A stretch of DNA of 64,000 bases, from the sequence record OM632670.1; one strand, 5' to 3'. The notes beneath the pieces are model-generated. The model saw nothing but the letters and a program-made list of their open reading frames with translations, made no database searches and had not been told where the DNA came from. Shown piece after piece: positions 1-10,543 of this stretch; the stretch's first letter is position 1; the number at the start of each line of letters is the position of its first letter. The translations under genes were made by a program, and so were the position numbers. The DNA is from Escherichia phage BEU44.

Positions 1-2526
1 TCAGTCTGTATTCCGTTTAAGAGCAGCTTTTACAAGCAGTTTGATTGCAGGGATTGATTCAGGGAATTGTTCGATTTCACGAAGCAATGTGTCTACAGTA
101 CATGCAGCCAACATATAACCCCCAGCATCAATATCAAGGAACATCTTCGGTATCCTACGAAGTTCCGAGTACTTACTGAAAGTCTTGCAATGCACATCAA
201 CATCACTGAGGAAGTAATACTCTTCTTCAGTAATCAGACCCTTCCCTAACAATGCACGTAGCTTAGGGTAGCTACTACTTTGTAAGAAGAGATAAGCATT
301 CTCCAGTTCTGGGTCATAACGCAGACCTTTCAATGGGGCATATGTAATATCCAGTTCTCTCAGTAATCTGAGGTGTTTGGAGTAAATACCAATATCACTT
401 AACGTTTTCTGACGTTCTTTAGTGACATACTTAATGAATTGTTTGGATGTAAGAACTGAAGCAATATACGGAGCAGTCCATTCATCCAAATGAACAGCAC
501 CTCGCTTAATAGCTTTATTACGTTCAATTTTATTACGACAAACAACAGTCACAGCTTTAATGGTAGCAGGGGTTAATTGCCACATAGAAAGAACACCAAG
601 TCTTCCTGTGTAGTTATTAATATCTTCCTGCATGATGTAATACTGGGGAGTATCTACATCAACCATTCGGTCATGAGAACGAGAAGCGTAGTGAGAACCA
701 CATACTTCACTCGAATAGCTACGATGCTCTTTTGGTATTTCAAGGATATTCATACTAATAAGACGATTAGGACTAACCTTTTTCTTATTAGTAGTCTTCT
801 TAGCTTGTAATTTGGAAATGGCTAATTTAGCCTCTTGTTCCTCTTTACGTCTACGAGCTATACAATCCCACTCATGATATTCAGCCATATTAATGACTTC
901 GTATCCTGCTTTAGTGAGCAGATTAGTCATAGCTTCTGCTTCACCTTTCTTGGTTCCAACTTTGACAATGATTGAGTTATATTTTACCAGTGTCTCAGTA
1001 GAAAGATTATCAAACTCTGGATACCCAGCCAGACTATCTTCAATATTGGTAATACGTGGGGTAACAAATACACGGCACTTCTTAGAACTATAAGTCATGA
1101 AGTTTAATGAGTGTATTCTACGGACACTATTAACAATATTATTACGCCACAGTTCAACACCGTATTGATAATGAAATAGGGAAATACCTTTAGTAATCCC
1201 CAATTTAGCAAAGGTTTTGAACATTGGCTTAATAGCCATATCAGTAAATACTTTAGTTAATTCCCTGTAATTACGTAAATTCTTAGCCCTCTTTAAATGC
1301 TTACGGAGATGGGCTTTTTGAGAACCAGAGAAATGAGCCAGTGCAGGATGTTCAAGTTGACGGTCAATTTCCATATTTCCCCATTTCTTACACAGATGGG
1401 CATATTGCTTACTGAATAAAGTAGAGGACATATAACGACTGACAATAACATCAGGCACTAAATTGGTGTAAGGCAAATAACTATTTACTTCAAAACGGTG
1501 AGGACTATATTCTTTAATAGCCTTCCCAATATATTCAATAGCATTTGGAAGACGAGCTTTAATATCTGCTTCCATATTATCTACTAAAGCTACAGCCAAA
1601 TTTACGATACCGTCTTCGGTCATTTTTTGAGATGACAGTGTTTCACGGCTAGGTGCTACAGCTAGTGATGATGGGGCAGCCTGAACAACGATACGACTAC
1701 AGTTAATAACCTGCATAAACTGTTTAACCAGTTTTAATGCTTCATGTGTAGCAGGAGTATCCAAAGCAGGGTACATAACATTACCATAACGGATAAATAT
1801 TGAATGACTGCCCATGTAATATTTATGCCATGTGTTATGGTCTAGGTTATAGCTACCTGGTTCAAAAGACATACCCAGTACAGGCAATAACTCTACTGTA
1901 TTTGGTCCTGTATACTGATTGCAGTAAATACATTTAATCTCACCATGTAATACAATGGCTCGAATATATGAATCAATTTCTAAAATATCTTCTGACTGAA
2001 GCTGAATTTTAACTTCAAGCCCTGATTCTTCAGTAGGTACGCTAACGATAGGAATAATCCCTGGTTTACCGTTAGTCTCAACAGAAGATTTAGCAATGTG
2101 ATAGACAGTCTTGGTTCCGTCACACATAGATGTGACTGTAAAACTGTCTGTATAGGCCATAGGAGATTTACATCCTAAGCCAAAGCCACCAGTGGAAGCA
2201 GTATTAGCTTTCTTGGTAGATGCACCATATACCCCATAGACCTCTTGAATCTTATCTTTAGGAATACCAGAACCATAGTCACGGAAGATAAGGAAACCAT
2301 CTTTATCAATGGTTACATGGATAGGAATATCTGTTTTATCCCCCTCAATATGAGCATCCCAGCTATTGCACAATGTCTCACGTACCATTGCCAGTTTCTG
2401 ATTAGAATAGAGGTTAGCACTGAGTATTTGGAAGAATGCTGGGTCTTCAGAAATACCGAAGGCCATAGCATCTTGAGCACCCAACGTTGCTGATGTGGTC
2501 AGTTCAGTAGAGTCAGCTACTTGCAT
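1..2526 (-). CDS. rIIA: rIIA-like protein with N-terminal GHKL-type ATPase fold
   Basis: 841-aa ORF, ATG at 2524-2526; N-terminal NSWDAH, RDYGSGIP and TGGFGLG resemble GHKL ATP-binding boxes as in T4 rIIA; position matches N4-like order. Confidence 0.5.
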   Translation of the reverse strand: MQVADSTELTTSATLGAQDAMAFGISEDPAFFQILSANLYSNQKLAMVRETLCNSWDAHIEGDKTDIPIHVTIDKDGFLIFRDYGSGIPKDKIQEVYGVYGASTKKANTASTGGFGLGCKSPMAYTDSFTVTSMCDGTKTVYHIAKSSVETNGKPGIIPIVSVPTEESGLEVKIQLQSEDILEIDSYIRAIVLHGEIKCIYCNQYTGPNTVELLPVLGMSFEPGSYNLDHNTWHKYYMGSHSIFIRYGNVMYPALDTPATHEALKLVKQFMQVINCSRIVVQAAPSSLAVAPSRETLSSQKMTEDGIVNLAVALVDNMEADIKARLPNAIEYIGKAIKEYSPHRFEVNSYLPYTNLVPDVIVSRYMSSTLFSKQYAHLCKKWGNMEIDRQLEHPALAHFSGSQKAHLRKHLKRAKNLRNYRELTKVFTDMAIKPMFKTFAKLGITKGISLFHYQYGVELWRNNIVNSVRRIHSLNFMTYSSKKCRVFVTPRITNIEDSLAGYPEFDNLSTETLVKYNSIIVKVGTKKGEAEAMTNLLTKAGYEVINMAEYHEWDCIARRRKEEQEAKLAISKLQAKKTTNKKKVSPNRLISMNILEIPKEHRSYSSEVCGSHYASRSHDRMVDVDTPQYYIMQEDINNYTGRLGVLSMWQLTPATIKAVTVVCRNKIERNKAIKRGAVHLDEWTAPYIASVLTSKQFIKYVTKERQKTLSDIGIYSKHLRLLRELDITYAPLKGLRYDPELENAYLFLQSSSYPKLRALLGKGLITEEEYYFLSDVDVHCKTFSKYSELRRIPKMFLDIDAGGYMLAACTVDTLLREIEQFPESIPAIKLLVKAALKRNTD

Positions 2527-2858
2527 ACAGTTTCATCAACAGTTTCAGTAGTAGTTTCTACTTCAACTACTTCTTCTTTTTTCTTACCAGTAGCAGAAGC
2601 CAGAGCACTGACAGCAGCAGTATTGGTCTGGGTTACTGGACGATGCTTGCGTTCCTTTGACTCTTTCTTTGGTTCCTCAACCACTTCAACAGATTGGGAA
2701 CCAGCAGGGACAATATCTACGATTGCAGTAGCACCATCATCACCACGAGTAGCTTTGAAGGTTACTTTAATTTCCATACCTTCACGTACAGACATCAGGT
2801 CGTTTACATAACCAGTCAGAGCAGCTTCGATTTCAGGTTGGGTCAGGATTACTTGCAT
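2517..2858 (-). CDS. hypothetical protein (113 aa)
   Basis: ORF between RuvC-like and rIIA-like genes; 10-nt overlap with rIIA start; no recognisable motif. Confidence 0.4.
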   Translation of the reverse strand: MQVILTQPEIEAALTGYVNDLMSVREGMEIKVTFKATRGDDGATAIVDIVPAGSQSVEVVEEPKKESKERKHRPVTQTNTAAVSALASATGKKKEEVVEVETTTETVDETVCK

Positions 2859-2860
2859 TG

Positions 2861-3418
2861 TTATACCTTTGATAAAATTCTCATTAAATTCTGGAAAGCA
2901 GGAGTGAGTACCCCTGCATGGATAGCACCTACAGCATCAGCTAAATGCTCGTTCTTATTGAGTAGCCTACCTTTGGTATCCTTGAGCCAGTTGGCCTCTG
3001 GATAAAATCCTGTAGCTGCTCTAATCATCACATCTTTAGAAGCAGTCTTAATACCGGACAGAGCTACTTTGTTCTCGATGGGAGTAACCTCAATAATCTC
3101 ATGTCCTAGTGCCCTAAGTGCTCCTAAGATGCCTACACAAACACCATAGGATTTCATTCCATTGGCACTTTGTGAACCAACGGGAACCTCTACAAAGATG
3201 ACCTTTGCTTCTTTGAACCAGTCGATGACACCAGCAGTAATATCCTCGGCAGCTTGCATATCTTTGCTGTTTTGCCTTACTTGCTTGGTTCCATCAGGTT
3301 TGGTTTCTACCAGCTTCAGGTTTAATCCAGAGAGTATTCCCGTCTCTAAGTCGAGCATTCCCCGTGCTAGTCCCCAGTTACGAAAACTGGGGTCAACTCC
3401 AAGCACAGGTATCTGCAT
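2861..3418 (-). CDS. putative RuvC-like Holliday junction resolvase
   Basis: 185 aa; N-terminal LGVDPS and later FVEVPVGS resemble RuvC/RNase H-fold acidic motifs; ATG at 3416-3418 abuts SSB stop. Confidence 0.45.
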   Translation of the reverse strand: MQIPVLGVDPSFRNWGLARGMLDLETGILSGLNLKLVETKPDGTKQVRQNSKDMQAAEDITAGVIDWFKEAKVIFVEVPVGSQSANGMKSYGVCVGILGALRALGHEIIEVTPIENKVALSGIKTASKDVMIRAATGFYPEANWLKDTKGRLLNKNEHLADAVGAIHAGVLTPAFQNLMRILSKV

Positions 3419-4215
3419 TATTTCTTACCGAACAGAGATTTTGCAGCAGAAGCACCCGCACCAGTGTTAGTAGCACCTGGTTTTGGTGGCTGACCAGCTT
3501 TACCGGAAGCACCGCCTTTAGTGGTTTTATCACGGGTAACGCCTTTGTTTTTCTCCAGCCATTTGTCCCAGAAGACTGCTTCTTCAACGGTCAGTTCTTT
3601 ACCACGTTCAGTCAGTTCTTCTGCTTCAACAACAGTCAGATGCAGGTCAGGATGGAATACTTTTTCGATGGTATTAGTGAAGCGAGTTTCACCAGTAGAC
3701 ACATAGTTACCGGAGCCATCTTTAGTCTGCTTATCTTCTTCAGATTTCAGAATAGCTACAGCAAACTTACCACCGATAGCATTGACTGGAACCATGACAG
3801 ATTTGGCAACTTCTTTCTTCTCATCGAAGTCATATACGTTAACGACTTTCTCTTCGAAGACTGCTTCAGGAATAGTCTCACCAGAAGTCATTACCAGGAT
3901 GTCATTGATTACAGTGTAGCCCGGCAGGAAGTATTCCTTACCATTCTTTTCATAAGTACACTTGCAGCCTTTTTCAGTACCAGAAGTGATGTACAGTTGC
4001 TCACGGTATTCACCAGCACTGTGTCCATTAAGGTCAGTCAGGTCTGCAATAATCTGAATGAAGTTAGCACCAGAAGCTGCTTTACCTGCATAAGCTACTT
4101 TCAGGTTAGCCAAATAAATATCAGATTCTTTTGCACCAAATCCACCACCCAGGTTATCCGTTGCTTTCTCTGCTTTAGCTGCCTGACCTGCCAGATTTCC
4201 GAATAAATTGCTCAT
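3418..4215 (-). CDS. single-stranded DNA-binding protein (N4 SSB type)
   Basis: 265 aa, ATG at 4213-4215; size and position as I recall for N4 SSB; Gly/Lys-rich flexible C-terminal tail. Confidence 0.55.
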   Translation of the reverse strand: MSNLFGNLAGQAAKAEKATDNLGGGFGAKESDIYLANLKVAYAGKAASGANFIQIIADLTDLNGHSAGEYREQLYITSGTEKGCKCTYEKNGKEYFLPGYTVINDILVMTSGETIPEAVFEEKVVNVYDFDEKKEVAKSVMVPVNAIGGKFAVAILKSEEDKQTKDGSGNYVSTGETRFTNTIEKVFHPDLHLTVVEAEELTERGKELTVEEAVFWDKWLEKNKGVTRDKTTKGGASGKAGQPPKPGATNTGAGASAAKSLFGKK

Positions 4216-4260
4216 TTATATTTCCTACTTAATTAAATTAATGAATGATTAACAACCAGA

Positions 4261-5016
4261 TTAAGCACCGGTAGAGTAATACTCTGCCAGATGGTCGAGA
4301 AGTTTTTGGGCGTCATTGTCCATATAAGTCTCTTGCTTACTGAACATACCCATAGGAGAACGGATACGTTTACCTACTGTTTTCTTAGTAGGTCGAGTCT
4401 GGAATACGTGTTTGTACCCTAACTCTTGTTCATCCTCAGTAATTTCCAACATTCCATTGGAATACTTTTCAAGTTCTTTAAGGTCGATACGTTCTGCTGA
4501 TACAACAGTAGAGAAGTATGCTTCAATACCATTGTTCTTCAGAGAACCTTTTACTGGAACGAAAGTCTTCAGTTCCATTGCACGTTCATCTACTTCGTCT
4601 TTGACGTGAGCAGTGAAAATAACTGGCTTGGCAAATTTAACTACTTTCTCCTGAAGGAGAATTTTGAAGAACTGTGCAAATTCACCCCAAGCCTTCTGAG
4701 TGTTTGCAGCAGTGAGTACATACTGAGTTTCCAGCATATCCATCATGAAAGTCAGGGAATCTACAATGATTCCGTCCACGTCATCACGATGTTCAATGCA
4801 TTGGTCAAAGTATTCCAGAATTTGGTATGGGTCAGTAATACGAACACCATTGAAGTTATTCTTAAATGGCAGACGTTTACCAGCTTCTGTATTCAGATAT
4901 ACCCAACGTTCCTGGTTACGAATGTTACGAAGTGAGGCCGATTTACCAGCAGCAGAAAATCCTACAATCAGGATTAGCTGGTCATTCATTTCGCCATGTT
5001 CAAATTCTTCTGACAT
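4261..5016 (-). CDS. P-loop NTPase, possibly RecA-like (AAA_24/Sak4-like)
   Basis: 251 aa; Walker A GFSAAGKS near N-terminus followed by LNTEAGK. Confidence 0.45.
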   Translation of the reverse strand: MSEEFEHGEMNDQLILIVGFSAAGKSASLRNIRNQERWVYLNTEAGKRLPFKNNFNGVRITDPYQILEYFDQCIEHRDDVDGIIVDSLTFMMDMLETQYVLTAANTQKAWGEFAQFFKILLQEKVVKFAKPVIFTAHVKDEVDERAMELKTFVPVKGSLKNNGIEAYFSTVVSAERIDLKELEKYSNGMLEITEDEQELGYKHVFQTRPTKKTVGKRIRSPMGMFSKQETYMDNDAQKLLDHLAEYYSTGA

Positions 5017-5074
5017 AGTTTCCTCTTTTAACTAACAGTCCTCTTCAACCAAGAAAAGGACTGAATAGTTTCTG

Positions 5075-7222
5075 TTAAGATGTGTAACGTTTAGCCACAG
5101 TAATCATTACAGTGGAATCCAGTTCATCAGCAGATAGGGGATTGCTGAGTTTCTTATTGAACTCATGCACACGTTGTTTAACTTCATTGAAGCCTATACC
5201 ACTATCTACCAGAGCCAGAGCATACTTAATCATGTGGTTATTACGATTGCCTGTAGCAATTCGTTGGGCAAACCAACGTTCGAGATTATCCAGATTCTGA
5301 ACCTTCTGCATCCCTTGCTGGAATGCCTCATTCTTACTGGTTCTAGGAATGAAATCTCTTACGTCTAGCAGGGGAGCATCCATATTGTAGTAATACGTAC
5401 CCTTAGCACATGATTCCCATTTCTTGGCTCGTTGATTAGCAGACTCGTCCGTTTTAAATGGGAGCCATGCCATAACGTTATCCATGAACTCTTTATATTC
5501 AGCGCCATCAAGTTCAAGCTGATAGTTCATTGGAATAATTAACCGGAAACGGTTTTCTTCATCAGTATGGCGTTTGGTTGTATATGTCATGAATCGGTAT
5601 TCTTTCATCAATTCATGGCACACGTCCAAACTACACGTACCATCCACATCAATGACAATCATATTGAAGCCAGCAATAGCATTCTCTTCAGCACGATGCC
5701 CTCGACGGAAATGGTGGTTAGCCCAGTGATAACCTGCTTGCTGGGTTAGTACATGTAACTGGTCAAATGGAACTTTCTCTGCAATATAGTCATAAGCAAA
5801 GTTCTCACCATAAGAAACAATCATTTCGTTAGTATCAGTCTCTTTCAGTGTCTCACCACGGAAGAACTCAATACCTTCGTTGTATGTCTTCTTAATGATG
5901 ATATGCTGCTTATAGCCCCATGCAGTAGCTAAAGTCATCATCTCATTACGTGCAGCATTCCCACTCTTATAGAATGGTAAAGCCTCAAGCAAATCTGCAT
6001 GAGTAACTTCAGTACCAACAGATGCAATATACTTGGCTAATTTAACGTAGGCTTTTTCACGATTGAGGATAGTCTGGAATGCAACACCAGATTCTTCTAC
6101 CAGAAGGATTGCTTGCTTCAGATGTTCCATCTCTACCATAATACTGTTATCAACAAATGCAAATGCACCTGCCAATTTCAGTGCTTTAAAATAGCGATGT
6201 TCCAATTCTGCTTTACGAATCTCTTCGTGGTCAGCTAAAGCTGCTGCTTGTTTTTCACACTGAATCTTGTAATCGATTAGTGCAATACCAACATCATCTT
6301 CAACTGTCATTTTCCAACCAAACTTGGATGCATCTGCAAGGCTATGAAAGTGGTTAGCCCACTTATTCACAACAGCATTGTTATCCTGCTTAATCAGATT
6401 ACGATAGATTTCTTCAGCACTCTGGCTCAGATATGCACGTTTATCTGCCTGACCTACAGCAAACAGACAACGACGAGAATAGCCAGTATCAAGGAAGTCA
6501 TAGAAGAGTTCCTCAGTCTGGCTCCCATTGAGAAGTTTGCTCGGTGTACCAAACAGAAGAAGGTTAGCTGGAGTTTTACCATCAACTTCCTCACTACGAA
6601 TACTTTCAGCAGTATTCTTAGTAAGTTTCTGTTTAATCTTGCCTTGGTCGTACAACTCAAGGAACACAGTTAATACATCAGCATTAGCGAGAAGGTTTGA
6701 ACCAATCTCATCAATCTGTAAGTTAATAGCACCACATCCAGCTAATAAGAGTTTATGACGTAACTGTTTCACAGCAGGAGGTGTACCTGAGTCAAACGTA
6801 AATGGATAAGCACCCGTACGTCTGTATTCAGCTTCCACCTTGTCAAACTCTTCCTTCTGGTCAGTAGCATTACGAGCAGAACGTTCGTTAGCAATTTTCC
6901 ACAGACGGTCTTCTGCTAAAGCAGGCATGGTGTCTTCCATAAACCGCTTCTTAAAGCCAGCCATAAAACCGTCTTCAACAATGTTGACCGAATGGCCTTT
7001 ACCGAAGCCTGAAGTAGCAAGAGCCACTGCATAGATGTTTACTGGAATTTCACCACGGTCTTTAGTGATGATAGTTGCACCCATACATGAAGCCATTTTC
7101 GCAAGGAAATAGGCCACTTCTACACGGAAAAAACCACGGTCAGTGTTTTGCGTCTTGTTACATAACACATCAACGATTTCTTCAATCGCCGGATGATGTG
7201 AGACTCCGGTCAGGTCAATCAT
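5075..7222 (-). CDS. putative replication protein, possibly primase-like
   Basis: 715 aa, ATG at 7220-7222; C-terminal IVIDVDG resembles primase-polymerase DxD motif; sits between helicase/polymerase and SSB. Confidence 0.35.
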   Translation of the reverse strand: MIDLTGVSHHPAIEEIVDVLCNKTQNTDRGFFRVEVAYFLAKMASCMGATIITKDRGEIPVNIYAVALATSGFGKGHSVNIVEDGFMAGFKKRFMEDTMPALAEDRLWKIANERSARNATDQKEEFDKVEAEYRRTGAYPFTFDSGTPPAVKQLRHKLLLAGCGAINLQIDEIGSNLLANADVLTVFLELYDQGKIKQKLTKNTAESIRSEEVDGKTPANLLLFGTPSKLLNGSQTEELFYDFLDTGYSRRCLFAVGQADKRAYLSQSAEEIYRNLIKQDNNAVVNKWANHFHSLADASKFGWKMTVEDDVGIALIDYKIQCEKQAAALADHEEIRKAELEHRYFKALKLAGAFAFVDNSIMVEMEHLKQAILLVEESGVAFQTILNREKAYVKLAKYIASVGTEVTHADLLEALPFYKSGNAARNEMMTLATAWGYKQHIIIKKTYNEGIEFFRGETLKETDTNEMIVSYGENFAYDYIAEKVPFDQLHVLTQQAGYHWANHHFRRGHRAEENAIAGFNMIVIDVDGTCSLDVCHELMKEYRFMTYTTKRHTDEENRFRLIIPMNYQLELDGAEYKEFMDNVMAWLPFKTDESANQRAKKWESCAKGTYYYNMDAPLLDVRDFIPRTSKNEAFQQGMQKVQNLDNLERWFAQRIATGNRNNHMIKYALALVDSGIGFNEVKQRVHEFNKKLSNPLSADELDSTVMITVAKRYTS

Positions 7223-8193
7223 GGGAAATATCTCTTTCTTTGTTCGCAGATGTTAAAAATTGAGCAATAGTTGCATCGTTTAGGTTCACCAGGAACATGA
7301 AGAATAGTGCCTTTGCCTTTCTCTGCCATGAACTTCCGAGCCTCAAAGAGAGTAGGGAAGTTTTTGGTAGAACGAGCACCAGGTTGCTTTGCCTTCTCTG
7401 GGTCAGCAAAGTATTTAAACACTGGGTCAGAACGCCATAACTCTTCATCAGTACATTCTGGAATCTCGTTTTCAGGAGCATCCCAGTACTTATCAATGAG
7501 AGCCAGCTTGGCTTTAATCCATTCTTCAGTCGCTTCATAAGACATCAATGGAATGTCTTTATGCAGCACACGGTGCTTTGGGTAGTTTTCTTGAGATGTA
7601 GCTAGTGCTTTCATCCAGTCAGTGAAGATGTAGTTAATACGAATCACATCTTCGGTAATCTTGTCGTCATGTAACCAACGATACATTGACCCCTGAAGTT
7701 TATGTTCTTCATCACGTCCACCCTTTACCCATGTGTAAGTGGAGGTGGATTTTACATCCTGAAGAAGACCTTCAGTAACGATGTCGAACTTGCCCCCAAT
7801 AGTCCAACCAGCAATCTTTTTAGTTGCTCGTTGTTCTATCCATACAGGAATTAAGTTTGGATTTGATGCAATCTGCTCAGGGGTAGGATTGATGACAACA
7901 TTCTGAACGACACGCTCAGGATACCCTAACTTGCGTAATGCATTGTGGTGTCCGTTATGCCATGCCTTCTCAATAGAATCATGTAAGCCCGTACCCATAG
8001 AAGTGGACACCAAATCCATGATGTCCATACTTTCTACAGAAAGGTCTACACGATGCTTCATGACAATGTGCTTAATTGGCTTAAGCAAGGTAGTCACAGA
8101 AAGATACTTTTTATCCTTCACGTAATCATACTCGTCATGCAAAAGCCAGACAGCTAATGGCAAGGACACGTCATGATTGTTCGTGATTTTCAT
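7219..8193 (-). CDS. putative PD-(D/E)XK nuclease with C-terminal cysteine cluster (Cas4/RecB-like)
   Basis: 324 aa; GKFD...LQDVKST resembles nuclease motifs II/III; C-terminal CNYCSIFNIC cluster; ATGA overlap with upstream gene. Confidence 0.4.
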   Translation of the reverse strand: MKITNNHDVSLPLAVWLLHDEYDYVKDKKYLSVTTLLKPIKHIVMKHRVDLSVESMDIMDLVSTSMGTGLHDSIEKAWHNGHHNALRKLGYPERVVQNVVINPTPEQIASNPNLIPVWIEQRATKKIAGWTIGGKFDIVTEGLLQDVKSTSTYTWVKGGRDEEHKLQGSMYRWLHDDKITEDVIRINYIFTDWMKALATSQENYPKHRVLHKDIPLMSYEATEEWIKAKLALIDKYWDAPENEIPECTDEELWRSDPVFKYFADPEKAKQPGARSTKNFPTLFEARKFMAEKGKGTILHVPGEPKRCNYCSIFNICEQRKRYFP

Positions 8194-8798
8194 TTAGAAG
8201 CGACCTTAGATGGGTTACTGAAACGCCATGCAGTGATTCGAGCAAAGGGGGCAATCTTATCAGACCAGTCAATCTCATGAGGAAATACATGAGTAATAGT
8301 CGTTCCATCGGCACGTACTACATCAATTTGTTCTGCTTTGCTCATTGCAACAGCAATAGGCATAACACCCAAACGGTTTGGTACGTGAGTATGCCAACCA
8401 GCAAGGCTCATTACTTCACCTTCTGCTGCTTCACCAGTTAACAGGGTGAATAATTCAGACAGAGACATATGAATCTCTTCACCCTTCTTCAGAGCCTCAG
8501 AAACTGGTTCTTCTGCTTCTTTTTTCTGCCCACCGGATTCTTTAATAAAAATACGGTTAGCATAATGAACCATCTTCTCTGCATCATAAACGGCATTGTT
8601 ACCTGGTTTACCGTTACCTAAACGAGCAGCAGCATTACGCCACAATGCCTTGAACAGACACCCTTCATCAAAGGTCATATTTAGTGCTTGGATAATATCC
8701 TCACACTCGGCCTGATATGGAGGCTGTTCCATACGTTGAGGGTTGGTTACCTGAACCAGATAGTAGTTATTAAAACCACCTGATAGTTTTTCAGACAT
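8190..8798 (-). CDS. hypothetical protein (202 aa)
   Basis: ATG at 8796-8798 with GGAG SD; translationally coupled to neighbours. Confidence 0.4.
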   Translation of the reverse strand: MSEKLSGGFNNYYLVQVTNPQRMEQPPYQAECEDIIQALNMTFDEGCLFKALWRNAAARLGNGKPGNNAVYDAEKMVHYANRIFIKESGGQKKEAEEPVSEALKKGEEIHMSLSELFTLLTGEAAEGEVMSLAGWHTHVPNRLGVMPIAVAMSKAEQIDVVRADGTTITHVFPHEIDWSDKIAPFARITAWRFSNPSKVASK

Positions 8799-8800
8799 GA

Positions 8801-9139
8801 TTACTCCACAGCTTTCAGTTTAGCTTTCTTCGCAGCAGTATCTTTAGTTACCAGATTTTGCTGAAAGTCAGGCTGACTCATATGACCCAGGTAGCTGACG
8901 TTCAGGAATACAATATCCCGTACATCTACCACTTGACCAAAACGGTCATTCAGATTCTGAAACAGAGCAGACTGAGCACGTCCCAGGTCACGGAAAGTTA
9001 CCTGTTTCTCTTCAGTAAGCAACATAGTGTTCTGAACAATAACAGCACCTTCCTGACCATCTTTGTTATCAGGAATAACAAAAGTCAGTTGAGCTGCTAC
9101 TAACCAGTGATGCTTTTTCTCTTCAATTTGTTTGGTCAT
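8801..9139 (-). CDS. hypothetical protein (112 aa)
   Basis: ATG at 9137-9139 overlapping stop of polymerase C-fragment (ATGA). Confidence 0.4.
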   Translation of the reverse strand: MTKQIEEKKHHWLVAAQLTFVIPDNKDGQEGAVIVQNTMLLTEEKQVTFRDLGRAQSALFQNLNDRFGQVVDVRDIVFLNVSYLGHMSQPDFQQNLVTKDTAAKKAKLKAVE

Positions 9140-9966
9140 TTAAATGCCTTTTGGATTGCTTCATGGACTTGTTCGGGCGTAGCGTAGTTTGGAATCTCAA
9201 TCTCGTTAGCCCACGTTGGGTAGAATAAGGAGAGTTCCCCACCCAAATGAACATCTGGATGAGCAATATCAGGATGGTCTTGCCATTGTACTGCTTTCAC
9301 CAAATGAGTATTGGTATATATCACAACATCCATATCATCACGGATAAGGAAATACTGAGCATCATGGATATGGGTACTTGGACGAATATCAAGACGATGC
9401 TTACTATTCCGCACCATACGCATGAACTCTGAACCAGCACGGTTATTCAGAAGACACCAACTTTGGCCTAATGCATTACCAGCAGTACGTCCTTCAGCTT
9501 CAGCTTCATAAGGAGTTTTACTGGTTCCACGGATAACTTGTTGAAGTAAGGGGGTTCTGACTCTCAGGCCAAATGCTACGGTTACATAACCATCTTTTGC
9601 AGCTTGGTCTAGTTTAGCCTGAACCCAGTCATCACTTACCTTATAAAGTGTGTGATAACGTTCTTCAACCATTCGAGCTTTCTGTTCAGAGAAACCACAG
9701 TTCTTCATCAAAGTGATGTATGTGCCCTGATAGGTAAGAGCAAAGGTAGGTGCTTTAGAATCCTGACGATATGCTTTGTACTTCTCCTGAATAGAATTAA
9801 CAGACTCTACCGTATCTTCAATGTCAGGCATCATCTCACCGAAGTAAGCATATGCACGAAGACTATGCCCATCGTAACCTGATGAACTCCCAGCTTTGAC
9901 TACGTTGTCAATTTTCTTGCCAGTGAAGTCATGAGTTGATTTTGGCAAGCTGTCGTAAAGCAACAT
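9136..9966 (-). CDS. DNA polymerase family A, C-terminal fragment (fingers motif B and palm motif C)
   Basis: 276 aa; ATG at 9964-9966 with AGGAG upstream; YDGHSLRAYAYFG (pre-O-helix), RQDSKAPTFALTYQG (motif B), THIHDA (motif C-like). Confidence 0.7.
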   Translation of the reverse strand: MLLYDSLPKSTHDFTGKKIDNVVKAGSSSGYDGHSLRAYAYFGEMMPDIEDTVESVNSIQEKYKAYRQDSKAPTFALTYQGTYITLMKNCGFSEQKARMVEERYHTLYKVSDDWVQAKLDQAAKDGYVTVAFGLRVRTPLLQQVIRGTSKTPYEAEAEGRTAGNALGQSWCLLNNRAGSEFMRMVRNSKHRLDIRPSTHIHDAQYFLIRDDMDVVIYTNTHLVKAVQWQDHPDIAHPDVHLGGELSLFYPTWANEIEIPNYATPEQVHEAIQKAFK

Positions 9967-10543
9967 CTTTTCTATTTCTCCTCATAACATCATCCCACTC
10001 ATTTCGAACACCAAGTCGGTCAGCAGTAGTTCTGAGCATCTTATGCAAAGTTTCAGGACGCCTACCTATTTCAAAAGCAATGTCTTTAACTTGCTTACCT
10101 GCCAGCACCTCAAAGAGATACTTCTCTTTATCGTCAGCAGACATGTAACCAGGACGTAGCTTTGTTTTAAGTGCATGTTCAACATTCTGAGTAGCAGAGC
10201 ACCATTCCAGATTATCCTTATGACAATGCAGTTTATTACCGTCTTTATGGTTTACCTGTTCATAGCCATAAGGATTAGGGATGAAGTGTTTAGCTACCAG
10301 AATATGAAGTAGCTCTTGGTGATGTGTACCATCGCCATTAGCTAATCCAACCTTAAGGTATCCATTAGGATTGAGAGTCGGTTTTAGGGGTTGATTGTTT
10401 GCAAGATTTAAGATGAAACCTTCATCGGAAATCTTATACCGTTGTTCATAGAAGGCCACGGGTAAAAGCGTCATAGAACTCCTCACCGGTATAAGTTTTA
10501 CCATCATAAACGATTGTATCATCATCTCGGATATGATGGTCAA
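9929..10543 (-). CDS. HNH homing endonuclease inserted within the DNA polymerase gene
   Basis: Third frame relative to both polymerase fragments; core VNHKDGNK...NLEW...QN..HA; NUMOD4-like segment upstream; longest ORF starts TTG at 10543, first ATG codons at 10525/10522. Confidence 0.7.
   Translation of the reverse strand: MTIISEMMIQSFMMVKLIPVRSSMTLLPVAFYEQRYKISDEGFILNLANNQPLKPTLNPNGYLKVGLANGDGTHHQELLHILVAKHFIPNPYGYEQVNHKDGNKLHCHKDNLEWCSATQNVEHALKTKLRPGYMSADDKEKYLFEVLAGKQVKDIAFEIGRRPETLHKMLRTTADRLGVRNEWDDVMRRNRKDVALRQLAKINS

Noticed and set aside
3364-4206. 280-aa plus-strand ORF antisense to the SSB gene
   Set aside because: Phe/Ser-rich low-complexity translation, opposite a well-supported minus-strand gene in a region where all real genes run leftward.
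5035-5061. Inverted repeat agtcct/aggact between two replication genes as a terminator
   Set aside because: 15-nt loop and no U-run on the transcribed strand.
9929-10543. Intein interpretation of the polymerase insertion
   Set aside because: The HNH frame differs from both polymerase frames and the N-fragment ends in a stop, so an in-frame protein-splicing element is excluded.
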